From: Lingula anatina
Taxonomy: Eukaryota; Animalia; Brachiopoda
Assembly: GCA_051362555.1 (NCBI GenBank)
Contig: CM120641.1
Span: forward strand, 33,238,401-33,302,400
Length of the DNA stretch: 64,000 nt
Direction: 5' to 3'
Below are positions 39,498 through 53,450 of the stretch, in pieces. A program made the position numbers and the translations under genes. The notes below the pieces were generated by a model. The model was given only the letters and a program-made list of their open reading frames with translations, ran no database searches and was not told where the DNA came from. Within the stretch, counting starts at the first letter, position 1. Every line of letters starts with the position of its first letter.

Positions 39498-41436
39498 CTA
39501 TGCTCTTGGGAACAGGTGGTTTGCGAGACAGTTTTCGTCAGATGATGTGAAATACTGATGCCATAAATTTTCGAAAGCTTTTTTGTCCAGCTTTAGGGCG
39601 CCATTCTGCAATAAAAAAACGTCGCTTAATGCAAAAGACATATATGGATAAAGTTTGTGGAATGTTCTGGAACAACTAACAAAACTAACGACTTAACAAA
39701 GATAAGAAACATTCTCCATATCTTTTTCAGAGAATCGGTTTAATGAAATACAATGTGCCGATTTAATCATTTATAAATCTCTGCCAAGATGTCATCAATT
39801 ACGCAACAGGGGCGGATCCAGGATTTTTAAGGGGGGGGGGGGGGTCCGAGGATGCAAAGCCCTCTGAAGGGCCACGAAAATTTTTGGTATCTTAGAGGGC
39901 GAATGGTGCCATTTGGTGCGGTGTAGAACTTTGATTCATCTAGTCAAAATTCTAATTTCAAGGACCCCCTGACCCCTCCCCCCTCTAAATCCGCCACTGC
40001 GCAATATCGTTTGCATGTTTCACAGCATTCTGTCGGTATATTTCAAATAATGACTGCTTACATTGGTAAACTTTTGGAAGGCTTCTTTGCACTTAGCATC
40101 AGAGACTCCATACTGTTGAAATGCTTTCACGTACTCCCCTTCGTCGACGATGCCATCACCTGATAAGATACACAACGATAAGCGTTTAGATGATTCAAAC
40201 TTTTCAAACAAAGCTTATGACGTGGCATAATCTAAATACGTCCTTTTGATTTTACTTTCCATTTCATTAGAATAAAATTTTACCACAACCGACCTTAATA
40301 ATGTATAATGAAGAAGGAACGAAAATGTTGAAATATTTGACTATCATCTTTTTTTTTTAAAAAGTTATGAACACAGATGCTCATAGTAACATTACCTGAT
40401 GTGTCAGTAACGTCAAACATGAAATTCATGTAATCGTTCAGCCATTGGGGGAATTTATCCTTAGAAGTGGCCTCCTTCATAACATCGTCCCACATTTTAA
40501 ACCATTCATCGTGAGACACTTCGTTATCCTATTGGAATAGATGACATAGGTTATGCTATATACTATATGTTGTCAGTTCTTTTTTTATACAGTTCAGTCA
40601 TTCTTTTGAGGGTTCCAACTTCTCAGTCTCAGTACCGGGGGAAAATGATAATATCATCTGCCATAAATATTAAAACTAGGATTTGATTCGATGACGGGTG
40701 TACTATTCCATTTGTTGAACAATAAACTGCGGTCAAGTAATCAACATACTACATTTATCTCTCTAGCTCTCACTTTACTTACAAAATTTTCGTCAGCATA
40801 TTTGATGAGACCTTCCCAGATCGTCTTCAAAGTAGACAGGCCAGAAGTTCTCTTCTCATGGGTTTCTCCCCAGCCGTTCACAGCGCTGATTTTCTATTGA
40901 CATACGAAACACCCAGAACATGAATGCATCTTTGTAACCGAACTTTGAGTTACAAAAATATATAAAGACTATCAGTAATAAGAAATTATCTTTCAACGAA
41001 TATTACTTACATATTTAAGAGGCACTATGATTTAGTTCCTCTGTCATAAAATTTAAGTCCATAAGTTTGATATTTGATATATATAATTTTCTCAACATAT
41101 CTGTGTATAAGGCATACTAATCGAACAGACAAAAAACGCCAATCAAACTTTCTACCACCTACTTCAATGAATTCGGTGAAGTCAGCCCACTCGATTTTGC
41201 CATCTCTGTTGATATCTGTGAAATAAAGCACATACATGTAAACAAGTTATGGCTCCTGCCCCCATTATTCCGTATTGACCATAATGCACATCCACGACTA
41301 AAGCTACGGCTCAATCAAATCAAAGAAAAATATTTTGAAAAAGAAATGTTGAGCGGACATTTAGCCCTGGTCTCTTACCATAGAATGTCGTAAACATGCT
41401 CTCCAACTTCGACCTCTGGCATGGTGAAAGCGCCAT
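39498..41436 (-). CDS. Calexcitin / sarcoplasmic calcium-binding protein family EF-hand protein, 6 coding exons
   Basis: MALSPCQRSKLESMFTTFY/DINRDGKIEWADFTEFIE/KISAVNGW...TLKTIWEGLIKYADENF/DNEVSHDEWFKMW...PQWLNDYMNFMFDVTDTS/GDGIVDEGEY.../NGALKLDKKAFENLWHQYFTSSDENCLANHLFPRA*. Closely parallels squid calexcitin as recalled: three canonical EF loops and a degenerate fourth. Confidence 0.9.
39807..39999 (+). mobile_element. MITE family B with 5-bp TSD CGCAA, in a calexcitin intron
   Basis: cgcaa|caggggcggatccagga ... aaatccgccactg|cgcaa. Homologous to 55030-55210 and 63582-63682. Confidence 0.85.
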
Positions 41437-42655
41437 TTTTTCTCTGCAAAGAGACACAATTACTTTTAAGGTGCAAAAAACAACGACTTTATCTTCAAAC
41501 CTGTAATCAATAATCCATATTACATGTGAGGACAAGAGCCGTTTAGGTGATGAAGATCTGCAACACAAGTGATACACCGGTTCATCAGATTGTTGCCATA
41601 GAAAATATAAAGATCGGTCTTAAGCGCCAAACTCGAAAACATATTCCGTAAAGATGATATCATCACATATTTTGTTGAGTGTCACACCAGCATGGTTCCT
41701 ATTGCGATATTAAAGCAGATGTTTGTTTGTAAAAACTGCGTAAGCAGGGAACTCGAAGATACATTGTCTTACCTGTATGGATATAGTCCGGATCCTCAGA
41801 AAATGAAGCAAGGTTTGCAGTTAGCCCCTAGGTTGAGCTTGTCGTGACAACTAAAGGTAAGCAAGGATTAGTTATTAAATAATAGTTCAGTGATTGATAG
41901 ATGAACAACACTAGGGACAATGGATAAATATGAATGATAAGAATGACAATAAAATCGAGCGATACGACAATAGAAGTAAGCTCAATTGACGTATATTTAT
42001 TAAAATGGGACTTAATTTGTAACACATTAAGACGATGAGGTATTGATTACACATCAATAGACAACAGACTGCAGGGCAAGAGGAGCAGGCTAGTGAATAG
42101 CAGTGATTTACATACTATAAGACATTTCACGTGATTTCAGTCTTTGCTATATTCCATAGGTGGTCATTATATGAACAGCATTTTAGAACGATAAGAACAA
42201 TTTTCTTCATTATTTTCGCTAATGAGTGATTGTGACGTCAACACCATTTGCATTAAATCATTAATGTCTAAATATGTGGGTAGCCAGGCAACTGCTTTGT
42301 CGACAGATTTATCGTTATACAAACAGTTGTCGCCATCGGTGATTTTTTTTATCCATCATATCGTATCAACATACTTTCTTGGGCAGTTTACAAATTTTTT
42401 TTAAAAAGTTTTACCGTGTATTTGGACGTTACCCATAAAACGTATACTTGATATTTGACATTCATTCGAAGTATTTTTAAAGCGCATAATTTATATAATT
42501 CTTTTATTTCGTCCGTCAAAAACAACAAATTTCGCCTTTTTTGAGCTCTTGTGTATAAATAAACTTAGCGTATATATACCTTGTGCTATCACTTACGCTC
42601 ATTTTATATTCTATTTCATTTGATGACTTTAATTAAAAGAATATTCTTGTGACGA

Positions 42656-42850
42656 CCCACAGCTAAATGAAAAGTTTGCTGTAATATTGCAACACTATTG
42701 CAGCAACATTGCTACAAACTAAAATATTGCAGCAATGAGTTTGCAGGCGTTTGCAAGAAAATTTTTCTTGCTGCTAATTTGCAGCCATATTGCAGCAAAC
42801 TTGCTGCAAATTTGCAAGAAGGAATTGCAGACCTGATATTTTGCTAAGGG
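42656..42850. mobile_element. Probable short non-autonomous DNA transposon (CCC...GGG termini, TTGCAGCAA-type internal repeats; EnSpm/CACTA-like)
   Basis: CCCACAGCTAAAT ... ATTTTGCTAAGGG imperfect TIR with many internal ttgcagcaa/ttgctgcaa units. TSD unclear. Confidence 0.5.
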
Positions 42851-45800
42851 AAACATGGCGATATGTAATTTGATTTTATTGCCAACCCTGGTATACCCTT
42901 TTGAAATGGGGGGCAAATTATTAGTTTCAAAAATTTCAAAAAGGCAAATCTGACGTCAAAAGAAAACACGAATAAGCATCTGCCGACGAGTGATGTGTAC
43001 GGTTCAGTGAAAACATTACCAGCAACTACCCCTAGGGCATCCAGAATCATCAGTTTATAGAAACATCAATATTATCTTTCCTCTGAGTTCGGTGTTGGCT
43101 GCGTCAATGGCCACCTGACCTGAGTGACCATTACTGGGTGAGATGATAAGGTGTAACTGAACATGTTTTATTGCTGTTGGTGCTTGTTCATTCTGTTGCG
43201 TGAAAACATCGTTTGATCTAATTTGACATAAAGCGTAGAGTATAAACACGTTCCAGATTACTGTATTTATGCATGACTTCTTACCAAACAAGAATTCGTA
43301 TTCAGAGAGGTTGAAGGATCCAGTTTTGCAGATAAGCTATCTTTGATATTTCAATACAATACATGCATGTTTATATTCACGGATCATTTATGCTTGAAGA
43401 AACAAAATCATAGACTCTGAAAACATTTTTTTAGTTCTGTTTATGGTTTTAAAGCAAAACAGTCTTATTTGTGCATATCAATTGTATAGTTCAAAAGCAT
43501 AAAAGAGTTTCAATTTGTAGAAAACTAGTTATTTAAGTCAGGGGGGATAATGGGTCAATCCTACATGTTTGCATTCTAGACACTGTAAATTTCTACAAAA
43601 TTTGAGAGAGATCCTCATATAAAAATGAAACGAATCCCCTCTAGGATCCGTTTTATGAAACCTGATCTCTTAGCCCATGTGTCCATACTATGCGAGTGCT
43701 AGGTGAAAGTGTGCAATCGGAAAGAATCTATAAAAAGAGCAGGACAGCTCCTCTTACTCCATCATAAATACAATCTGCTGTGTAAACATTGACATATATA
43801 GTGTGGCTGACTGATGTATGGAGCTAGATATACGGAGTTGATGTTCCGGGCATTGTTAAATATAGGATACTAAGGTAAATGATATCGAGCAAGGGGCAAA
43901 CAAACCAAAGGAAAAAGACAAGGGCATACTTAGGCTGTCATAAAACAAATGCATAGAGAATTAAGCAGAAAAAGTTGCCAATAGATCACTATATAACCGT
44001 CACGGCAGCTGTCTGACGCATATTATTTCCCACCAGACTTTAGCACTAACCACCTATCAATTTCCCTGCTGTTTGTTGGGGGTAATAAATCGAGCAGGTC
44101 AATTTCAATAAATAATTTCTACTGATTGGTTTGTAGTAATTCTGCCGTGAAATATCGCCAAAATAGATCACTCTCCGTAAGCTCTTGGCCTATATTGTTT
44201 ACTGATCGAAATCGGAGAACGAGAAAGAATCTGCTCCATATCCCATCCTGAAGAAAGTCGATGGAAATGAAAGCAGACATGACTTTATTATTGTTCTTTT
44301 GCCACTGACTCCCCTTTCCCTTCCTTATAAACAAATTACAGCATTGAAGGAATATAATCAAAATATGTCCTAATTTTTAAGAACTTTAGTTTTACATTCA
44401 CTTTGTTCCCAAGCCACTCTAACGCACCTTTTGCAGTACTAGGAACGTGTAGGAAACCAAATAAACGCGGGACGAAAAGGCGCACGTTAACCAATTACAG
44501 TTTTGATTCAAAATAACTATATGACCAAAAGCACAGTGTTGCAAGGAATTGGATATGACCTGAAACATATTCTGATATGCAGGTACGGTGGCAGGTGTCG
44601 ATCTTCCTTACGTTAATAGAGGATGGATTTAGAAGCAGCACCTGCTCAAGTATTATAAAGAAACTCGGGAACAAACTTGAAATAAAGCGTAACGACGCCT
44701 TTTTAACTCAAGATGTCTTATAAATTGCTGTTTGCCAATACTTCAATGGCTCTTCAACGTTATGAACAACAACGAGCAACTAGCAGTGCTGCTTGAACAG
44801 TAAATTAATAAAGTTTGAGCGTGCGTGCAAGTGCGTGTCTGCATGCATGCGTGATCGCGTAGTTTTGGTGCTGTAACACGTCAAAGCCCCTGTTACAACG
44901 GGCTTGCAACCACTTAGAGAATGGAACCTCTCCCTTCTCATAAATTTGCTTACAGAAGAAAAAAGGCTGCAACATTTAAATTTCTTTAACACTGAAGTAT
45001 GAATTTGATGTTGACTATCAGTAATTTCAAAGCCCAACTCTGAAGAGGGTACAATAGAGTGGACAAAAATTTGTTTCCCAAGTAGCCACCAGCACGGGGG
45101 TTTAATCAAAGGGTAGGTCAACGGGGAAAAATAGATATATTGATGCTATAAAAACTGTAGTTAACTAGTCTTTTCTTAACTTTGTCTTACCAATCAAAAA
45201 ATGTAATGATTTCAGATAAGGCAGGGCATCAGGAGTGGGATAAATCGATCAGCTGGGGATAAGTCAGCTAACAAAAAACACAATAGGGAAAGTGGGAGGG
45301 AGGCTGGGTAATGGGCAGCAACCTAACCTCTGTATCTCTCTTAGCCCTAGGTACAACAGTCTTCAAGAGAAAACCTGAGTTGACGGTTATCACAACTTCC
45401 TTAATCTATTCCATGCATCATTAGATTTGTTAGCCTTGGATTCATAAATTTATTTTATGCTCCATTAGATTTGTTAACCTCGGATATTTCTGAGATGCTA
45501 CCCGGCATTGCAACATAAACCAATAAAAGGGTCATAATGGTTTTATTTATGCATAATTAGAATAAGAATAGGTTTTAAGAAAAGTAATATATACTCCAAG
45601 CATGAGTGTGATATCTTCAATTATAAAAAGGTGATATAAAAATACAGTAGTTTAAACTAGATACAAACTAGTGTGTCTGTGGAATGTAATTAGTGACCAT
45701 TGTAGTATATCAAAGAAAATTCCATTCAAGTAGCATGTAGTGGCTGTTACTTAATTAGTGCTGAATTAAGAATATAGAAAGAGGAAAGTATGCAAAGAAG

Positions 45801-47323
45801 ATTTATTCACAAGGCGTACTCAGTTGAACCTCTCATCCATAATCTAATAAAACCCGCTTGCCTGGATTGAAGAAATATCAGGACTTTGTTGTTCTTTGCC
45901 TACCTCATTCCGAAGGACAATTAACGCAATAAACAACGAGAAGAAACCCACAATTAAAACCCCCGTGACAAAAGCACAAGAGTTTTTTTAATTTGACAGT
46001 TTCCATTTAATTCAAGTAAGCAATTTTCAAAGTTTAATTTAAAGCCCTGTTTTTTAAAAAGAATTTTAAGAGTCACTGTATTTTAAAGATATGAGCATAT
46101 GTAAACTTTCCTTCGGCCTCTGTGCAATCTTATTCAATTTCTGAGGCGGGGGTGGGGAGGTTATCTCCATTTTTCCGATTTAAGTTTAAAGTTGGAACAG
46201 ATTTCGCGATGGCTTTCATTATCATTGTTTTCCTATGAAACAGATACAGTCGGAATTCATGTCAGATTGACTTAGATTCCTTATAAGGTCAGCCAGTCTA
46301 ATGCACCCGAATCATTTCATAAGCCACGCACACAGTATTATATGAACAGTATACCAGTGTATAGTAGGGCCTACAGGACATGTTTAGACAAAACATAAGC
46401 GTTTTTTTTTCAAAATGTTCTACCAACGTTATATTTGTAACAAGCTTAGGGCGATAACGTGAATAAATCAAACAAGCTGATTGCACATTCATTCCATGTG
46501 ACGTGATCCCGTGGCATGTAGCGTTACGAAGGGTGTGAAAATTATCAATATATAGTCAGGTGCGGTCCATCTTCAGCGTCTTTACTTAGGTGAATAAGGT
46601 GTTCCCTTTCAGCGAACACCTGCAAAACCCTCTAGTTGGTGCGGATGTACAATTGAGTGCATCTCCAGAGAATGATTTAGGAATTTCTTGTGTATTTCTA
46701 TTTGTGGTCACCAGTAGTATATGAGCCGGCGGATTATTTATTATTAATCAGAAGGACAGGTGCGCTTACACGGCTGGGCGGTGTTGTTAGCAAGTTGCTG
46801 TTCCGGTAATCATTTGGGTTACGTTTATGGATTAATCAAAGTTTTGTATGAATGCCAGTCCACGGAAGTAATTTTGTGTAGATTTTGTGTCGGGGGCATA
46901 AATGGTCAATAATCACTACTTGACAAGACATGGCCTGATTTGTATCAGCAGGGATTACATATACAGACACAGCTACGTTAACAGAAATGATTCGAAATTC
47001 CCCCGGTGTTTTTACCGAAACCGGATCCCGAGCGAACGTGTTCTTCAGAAAGACGAAATGCTATTCAATTACAACTGCTGTAAGCTAGCCTTTGATTTCG
47101 AAATGCATACCCCGGTGATTGAACAACTGAACAGGTAAAACTTTGAATCAAGCCCAGGTTATTCTCTCGTATATTATGGAAATGGAACTATTAAAATAAA
47201 TAAATCGGTTTTGGTCGTCCCTAACGTTAAATATTTAAACAAATCTACAAGCGGATCATCAACACAGCGTGTGCTTATTATTTCTCGCGGTTTTTTATGT
47301 GGCTCTATTTTGATATGACACCG

Positions 47324-47324
<1 letters not shown>

Positions 47325-47372
<48 letters not shown>
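47325..47372. repeat. (AAT)n microsatellite
   Basis: Direct reading. Confidence 0.95.
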
Positions 47373-47373
<1 letters not shown>

Positions 47374-48045
47374 TTAAAACTCAAAAAGATGATGATTAGT
47401 ATACTACAAACGTAAATTAACAGAAAGAAGTTGATTGGATTTGGACAATCAAAATTCTTGCAATGAAACAATTCTCAAAAAGTTGCGATTTTTATAAATC
47501 TTATAAGGACATTTTGAGATGCATTAAAGTTGAAATATTTGGACGGTAGGAGCTTAACATAAAGAAAACCATAGGGAATCCAATAAAACATTCAATACTT
47601 ACAAATTGGGCTACCAATTGGCTATAGGTTCACTCGTATATATTATCTAACACTATCGGTTTGACGTTATTGAAGTAAATGCATACTTGATAATTTTACT
47701 TTTTACTTTATACTTCAAATCTTATAACATGTTTCTGAAGTGTTTGCAAATGAAAATATTTGCACTATTGAGAATGATACAGCTATTTAGATAATCTAAA
47801 GTTTTTTATCCGCATGTCCTACGCACACTGGATATGCAATGCTGTTTTTCTTTCAACTACTGGCCTGGTCCTTGAGTAACAAATGATGAATTGCTCAAAG
47901 ATGCCATTAATTTCTTTGAAGCAAGACGTCATGATATATATATATATATATATAAATATTTTTCAGCTTACATAAAGTCTTATCAAAAGTAATGTCTATT
48001 GCTGCAAGAAAGCCCCATACCTTGGCAGCAAATGGAGATATATTT

Positions 48046-48215
48046 CTTACCTGTATTTTCTGGTGCGGCAGACCAGTTGAATACGTCGGTCAGTCTGTCT
48101 TGATGGGTGCGGCGTGTGCGACTGCGAATAATGTTCCCAGCCACGCGCATACGTACGCTGCACGTAAGTGACGTAAGACGGTTCAACCAATCCCCGGCCG
48201 TGCCTATTTTAAAAT
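48046..48215 (-). promoter_or_regulatory. Candidate distal promoter and noncoding first exon, possibly of calexcitin
   Basis: CpG-rich patch with a strong minus-strand donor CAG/GTAAG near 48050, plus TGACGTAA, CCAAT and a TATA-like motif. A second minus-strand donor lies near 41772. Confidence 0.4.
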
Positions 48216-51087
48216 CTAAAGTGTGGGGCTCTGAACTGGGCCTCTGAACCAGCATATAGTAATCCTTCCATACGATCTCATAATGATTTATAGCTATATC
48301 ATTTACTCAACAAAGCGTGTTCATATATCGTCTTTTGTGATCTCCTTTTTTGCAAACAGTTGATTAACTAAGACATGAAATAATAATGATTTTTCATTGA
48401 AAAGTACGCCTTTTGGAATTTACCATTGGGGCTCTCAAAACAGTAACGGTCGACCGCTGCAAGCACTTTCCAAGCATCAGCTTACCTGTATGCCCAAATT
48501 GGACACAGTTATATGTGACACTAGGAATATTTTTGGCTGAGCTAGTCCATTATTGGAAATTTCATCCGTTTTGTGACTGGCCTGTTCCTGGCCCTTACAT
48601 TTCTATACTTTTTTCTTAATTTTGGTTATCAGAGGTCGTGTGTACTTTTTACAATAAGAAATTTGTAGACGCTAAAGAAAAATATATCTTTCTTACTTTC
48701 ATGTGTCAAAATCACTTAGGTAATGGTGTAGTTTGTATCTCCAAGCTAGATTTATCAAAGGACTTGTTAATTGTTTTATATTTCATTTCATTTTGATTGA
48801 CCTACTGAATACCCCCACCCCTGGGGGGTTGGGGAGTATGAGAAGAATTCACAAGTTCAAGCGTTGGGAGGGCGAGCCGTGTTATATAAAAACCTTTCGT
48901 AACTGTGACAAAACTGACAAAGCACTCTAATAAAACTTGTAATGTGTGCCCACCCTCCCACTTCATCGTCCCACCCAGTACGCACTTACGACACCATGCT
49001 CTAACTCCTTGTTATTACCATCATTAAATGATCGTTTTCATGAAGGAATGTTCAATTTAAGTTTCTTTTTTTTTAAAACAAACGAAGTTATGCCCCTGGA
49101 TGTAGCCTATCTATTGGACCTTGTCGCTGCCTTGTATTTGTGGTACGCTTATTCTACCGTTGTTATATGTAAATATTTATGGGAAACAGAAGTTAGCGTT
49201 TTTCTGGTCGGCTGAGAGTATAGCGCTTCGTAATCCAAAGGATAATTTAAGAGCTTTGGACTGTAGTAGATACAACTGGACTGAAGAGCATACTCTCGGC
49301 ATTGCTTTTGATTCCATCGTTAGATAAACGAAATCAAAGTAAACCTAGATAGACCTGATAGGTTGTACGCCGGTTGAACATTTTAGGTTGATGGCTCGTG
49401 GGAGGCGATACAGGGGTTGACGGCGCATACGCGGATGCCCCCCCCCCCCCATCCCCCATGAAAAGTCAATTTGATAGCATGTAATTAGGTCGAGGCTAGC
49501 ACTAGATCTACCTGCTTAACGCACACTCCTTTCCTACGTACGTCATAAGGATAACATTAGAACATGAATAGAAGAAGAAATACGATGATTGAAAGGGTAC
49601 AATGCTGCAATCTAAAACACAAGTATATGAGTTGGAAAAGTTGGGAACGCCCTTATCTATTCAGTTCAATGTAAATGTTCTTAATTTCAAGCCACTAGAT
49701 TAGAAGGCAAAGTCGAAACAGAACCAAATCAAACCGATATTATTACAATGGGAGATATAGTATAGACTATAGCTTTATCAAAATAATAATAATGATAAGA
49801 ATAAAATCTATTTTCAAACAGTCGTTCTGTGTCGACCAAAATAAATGTATTTTCTATAGGAATTTCTTTCTGAAATAGACTTGAATGGTATCAAAGCACA
49901 ATTCTATGAATTGAAAATGGAACAAAGCCGCAGTCAAAATTAAGTCCTTGTAATGGTTTTCTATCCCCGTGCTGCAATTAATTCTGCCTTAATAGAAGGC
50001 AACTGGCGTACTCGCCTTTCCACACCGTCAGAATATTTCCCCCCTTCGGTGCGAGACGTGTCAGTTACGCAAGGACTTTCATTTTTTTCCCAAATGAGAT
50101 AATTCAGTCCTTCCTGCTAGGGTTTGTTTCAACCCTTGCTGAGGTAGATATGTTGGGGGGCGGGGGGGGGGGGGGGGGATCAGCACTTAACATGTGGAGC
50201 GTGTGTGCGCGCACGCAGGCGTATGCGCCATGCGTGTCCGGCATACGTGACAGTAACTAGCCCTGTCTGCAGACCGTTTGACCTTTCTTTACAAGGGCAA
50301 CAATAAACTTGTATTAATGCAAGGCCGGTGTGTATTCGACAAGACCTTACTTTAGCTATAAGTTTGCTTTCTTTAGCCGCGGAGCAATGTTGAGGTCCTA
50401 AATATGGACTGACATTGTTTAGCTTGCCTGTAGGCTAGCTAGCAAGTTATCAAACTGAGAGACTGGTCAAAACAAATCCACGAGGAAGCAATTCAAAGCC
50501 AGAGCATAAAAACCTTTGAGGGCATTTGTATTAAAAACTTTGCATGAGTACTTTTGTTTCTGTGCTTTATAAATTGGGCTATCCAATTACAAGTAATACC
50601 TCAGAATTTAAATAATCTCCGTTATAGAGTGGAGACATATCACTAGATCTCTCAAGTAACAACTAAATATTTAGTAAAACAGTTAGCCATCTTTGCCTTT
50701 CATTATCATGAAATACAAAAAATCCAAACTCAAAAGCAAAAGGCTTCCGATTCCATTATAAGTCTCTCTACGAGGGGTTTCTCTTAATACTTAGAGAAAT
50801 TAAAAGGACACAAAAGAGGATTTTCGCGCCAAAATTGATTTATCCTGATTTATCCCGAGGTTAACACTACTTTTCCGCGATTTACCAACCTTTAATCTAT
50901 CATTCCCGGCACTCGCCATCGCTCTGTAACATTTTTGGAAAATACAATAAAAAGAAAACCTCCGCTTAAGCGGAGGTTTACCAACAACCACCTCCATTTT
51001 CATCATTGAGCTCTCTAGACTTCCGGATATCGCGAGATTCTCGTATTGCGACCTAGTTAAAACTAGTTCAAGCTGCCGGGAAAGCAC

Positions 51088-53450
51088 ATGGAACAGGAGG
51101 CTGAATTAGTTGAGACTCCATCGAAGAAGGGAAGAAAGATAACAAAAAGAAAAAGGAAACACTCTTTACAAAAGTCAACACCAGAAAAATAAAATGCGCG
51201 TAAAACAGTGTATCAGCAAATGTACGACAGGCAAACAATAAACACCGGCGAGGAAGAAGGCAGATGAAAATTAACCTGCTTGCATGGATGGCCATGGATA
51301 CGAAGGATCGCCTGGCCGCGAAGTATTTACTGGATTTGTGAGTACCATTTACAATTATGTTTGAGATAAGACACCAGTAAAAATATTTATTAAGCACAGA
51401 TATTAATGTTTATTTACGTGTGTTCGTTGTATTTCTTAACGATTGTCAGGCTCGTCTGTCGAAATATGCCATGAAATTGTAACTAATCGATATGAGTGGT
51501 ATCGATAACAGGAATTACAAGTGTTGCTCATATGTCGACTCTGACAGGGCTTGGGTAAGTTTATACAGTGAAGAAAGTTTAAATGGAAATGGACATGGTG
51601 GTAGATACTGGTTTCATTACATGTACATTACCATGGCCGGGGCGAATTGTTGACTTACCGAGGGCACATTTCTTGTGCCTCTTACATCTGGGCATATAGA
51701 ACACAGTAATTAAGACGTATGACCAAGATGCTATTTCTTTAGGCATCTTAATCCCAAAATGAATGTGCAGAAGCTGTTATATTGTATATAAGTTTAACTC
51801 AGTTTTAAATGGCATGTCAACTATAATTGAAAATATCTTTGAATAGTATTTTGATTTTATATTCTAAAGGCAATTAAGTTTCCTTTTTTACATTAAAAAT
51901 AAATAAATAAATAAATAAATCAGAAAGGGGATATTGCATGTTTATGTTTAGTACATCTGTAAATGGATAAATAGTCCAGAGTAATAATTTAGATCATACA
52001 ATTTTAACTTTAGAGTCCAACCAGTATTTCGGAGATTAAACCAATATGAAGTGATCAAGAAACTTCAAAATTAAGTTGTAGTTAATACTAGTGCAGTTGA
52101 AGATGACAGTCTAGATAATTTAAGGTGATCATATTGAGAAAAATGGCATTTATACTTATTTCAGTTGAATTTTATACTTATTTCAGTTATGTTTTTACAT
52201 GATTTTTCTCAAACTTGATTATCTTAATTTTATGTACTGTTGCTTTTTTTTTGGTTGCAGTATCAAGGTAACTTTTTCCTATGCTATGCCTGAACTGGAA
52301 GAAGTGCAGATGGAAGAAGAGGAAGATGCTGAAGAAGAGGGAATTAAAGAATCCTGATGATCCAACATGGGACTAAAACATGTCTTTAGAGTAAGCAGAA
52401 TTTTTATAAGCTGATATTCACTCATCATATATTAGGCATTATAGGTGCATGATTTCTCTTTTATCAATTTTTTTCCAAATTGGCAACACATAATGTAAAC
52501 ATAATGCAAGACTCTATTTCTTCCATCAACTGAAACGAGCTAAGCTTTACCAAAGTATTGTACACTCAATTCTAGAATATGCCTGCCCTGTGTGGCATTC
52601 AGGACTAACTATAGAGCAATGCAAACTCTTAGAGACTGACCAAACTCGTGCTTTGAAGATTATTTTCCCTGACCTACACTATGATGAAACCCTGAACTTG
52701 GCAAATATGTGTACTTTAGATAAATGAAGAGATCTGTTCAAAACTTTCTTTTACAAAATAACTGAATCCTCTGACAAACTGAATCACATCTTTATTGAGC
52801 AATCCAATCGTCTTTTAAGATCAAACAATAGTAACAAAGTGCCACAATTTAAGACCGACAGATTCCGATGCTCTTTTATTCCATATGCACTTTTAAATTT
52901 CCAATAGTATTATGTTGTCTTTTATCCTAAGTACAATAATTTTAAAGTTCAATTAGCAGTCTTTTAACTCAGTTTTATTCAAGCAAATATTCACTTTATT
53001 TTCTTTATAATTTTCTTAACACTATGTACAACTTCAACCCACTGGGTTGCAATCTTAATAAATTATAATTATGATTATTATTATTTTGATTTGCTTTTTT
53101 AGACCTTAAGGTTATGAACAACTGCCAGTATGATGTCCTGAAGAAGAGTTTTTTACATGGAAGAGGAACTCCATGGCTCTCCACCAAAAAAAGATGAACT
53201 TTTCTTGAGGGTCCAAAGCGGGGACGAGTTGGATAGTGAGAGACTTTTCCTGACTTTCGAGTGCTGCTTACAGGATATATTCAGTGAACTCATCTTGCCA
53301 GTGTGACAAAGCATAATCTGCTGACTTCAAACCATCTAGCACTGACATGTATGCTATAATGCAGACAGATTGGAAATCAAGGTGGTCTTTCCTCCCAAAA
53401 CTAAGTCATATGCCTGATATTGAGAATAAACCATTTTGGTCCAGCATTTA
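51088..53450 (+). pseudogene. Decayed, intron-containing Kolobok-type transposase (N-terminal part)
   Basis: RQTINTGEEEGR*K...AAKYLLD (cf. RxNIGxxxxRW...AxFLLD), an acidic exon near 52290-52355, ERLFLTFECCLQDIF (cf. KFIVFESCLxxLF) and RWSFLPKLSHMP (cf. WxSQPxxxxMP). Stops and frameshifts present. Motif comparison is from memory. Confidence 0.55.
52540..52907 (+). mobile_element. 3' fragment of a CR1/L2-clade LINE ORF2, nested in the Kolobok-like element
   Basis: LYQSIVHSILEYACPVWHSGLTIEQCKLLETDQTRALKIIFP...KLNHI...KTDRFRCSFIPYAL is the typical post-RT tail. Confidence 0.82.

Noticed and set aside
39115-39550. Overlapping ORFs in a GC-rich segment
   Set aside because: They fall in the calexcitin last exon and 3' UTR and have no recognisable motifs.
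42900-50700. Scattered 60-110 aa ORFs
   Set aside because: No consistent exon chain or protein motifs; many use non-ATG starts from a prokaryote-style ORF caller.
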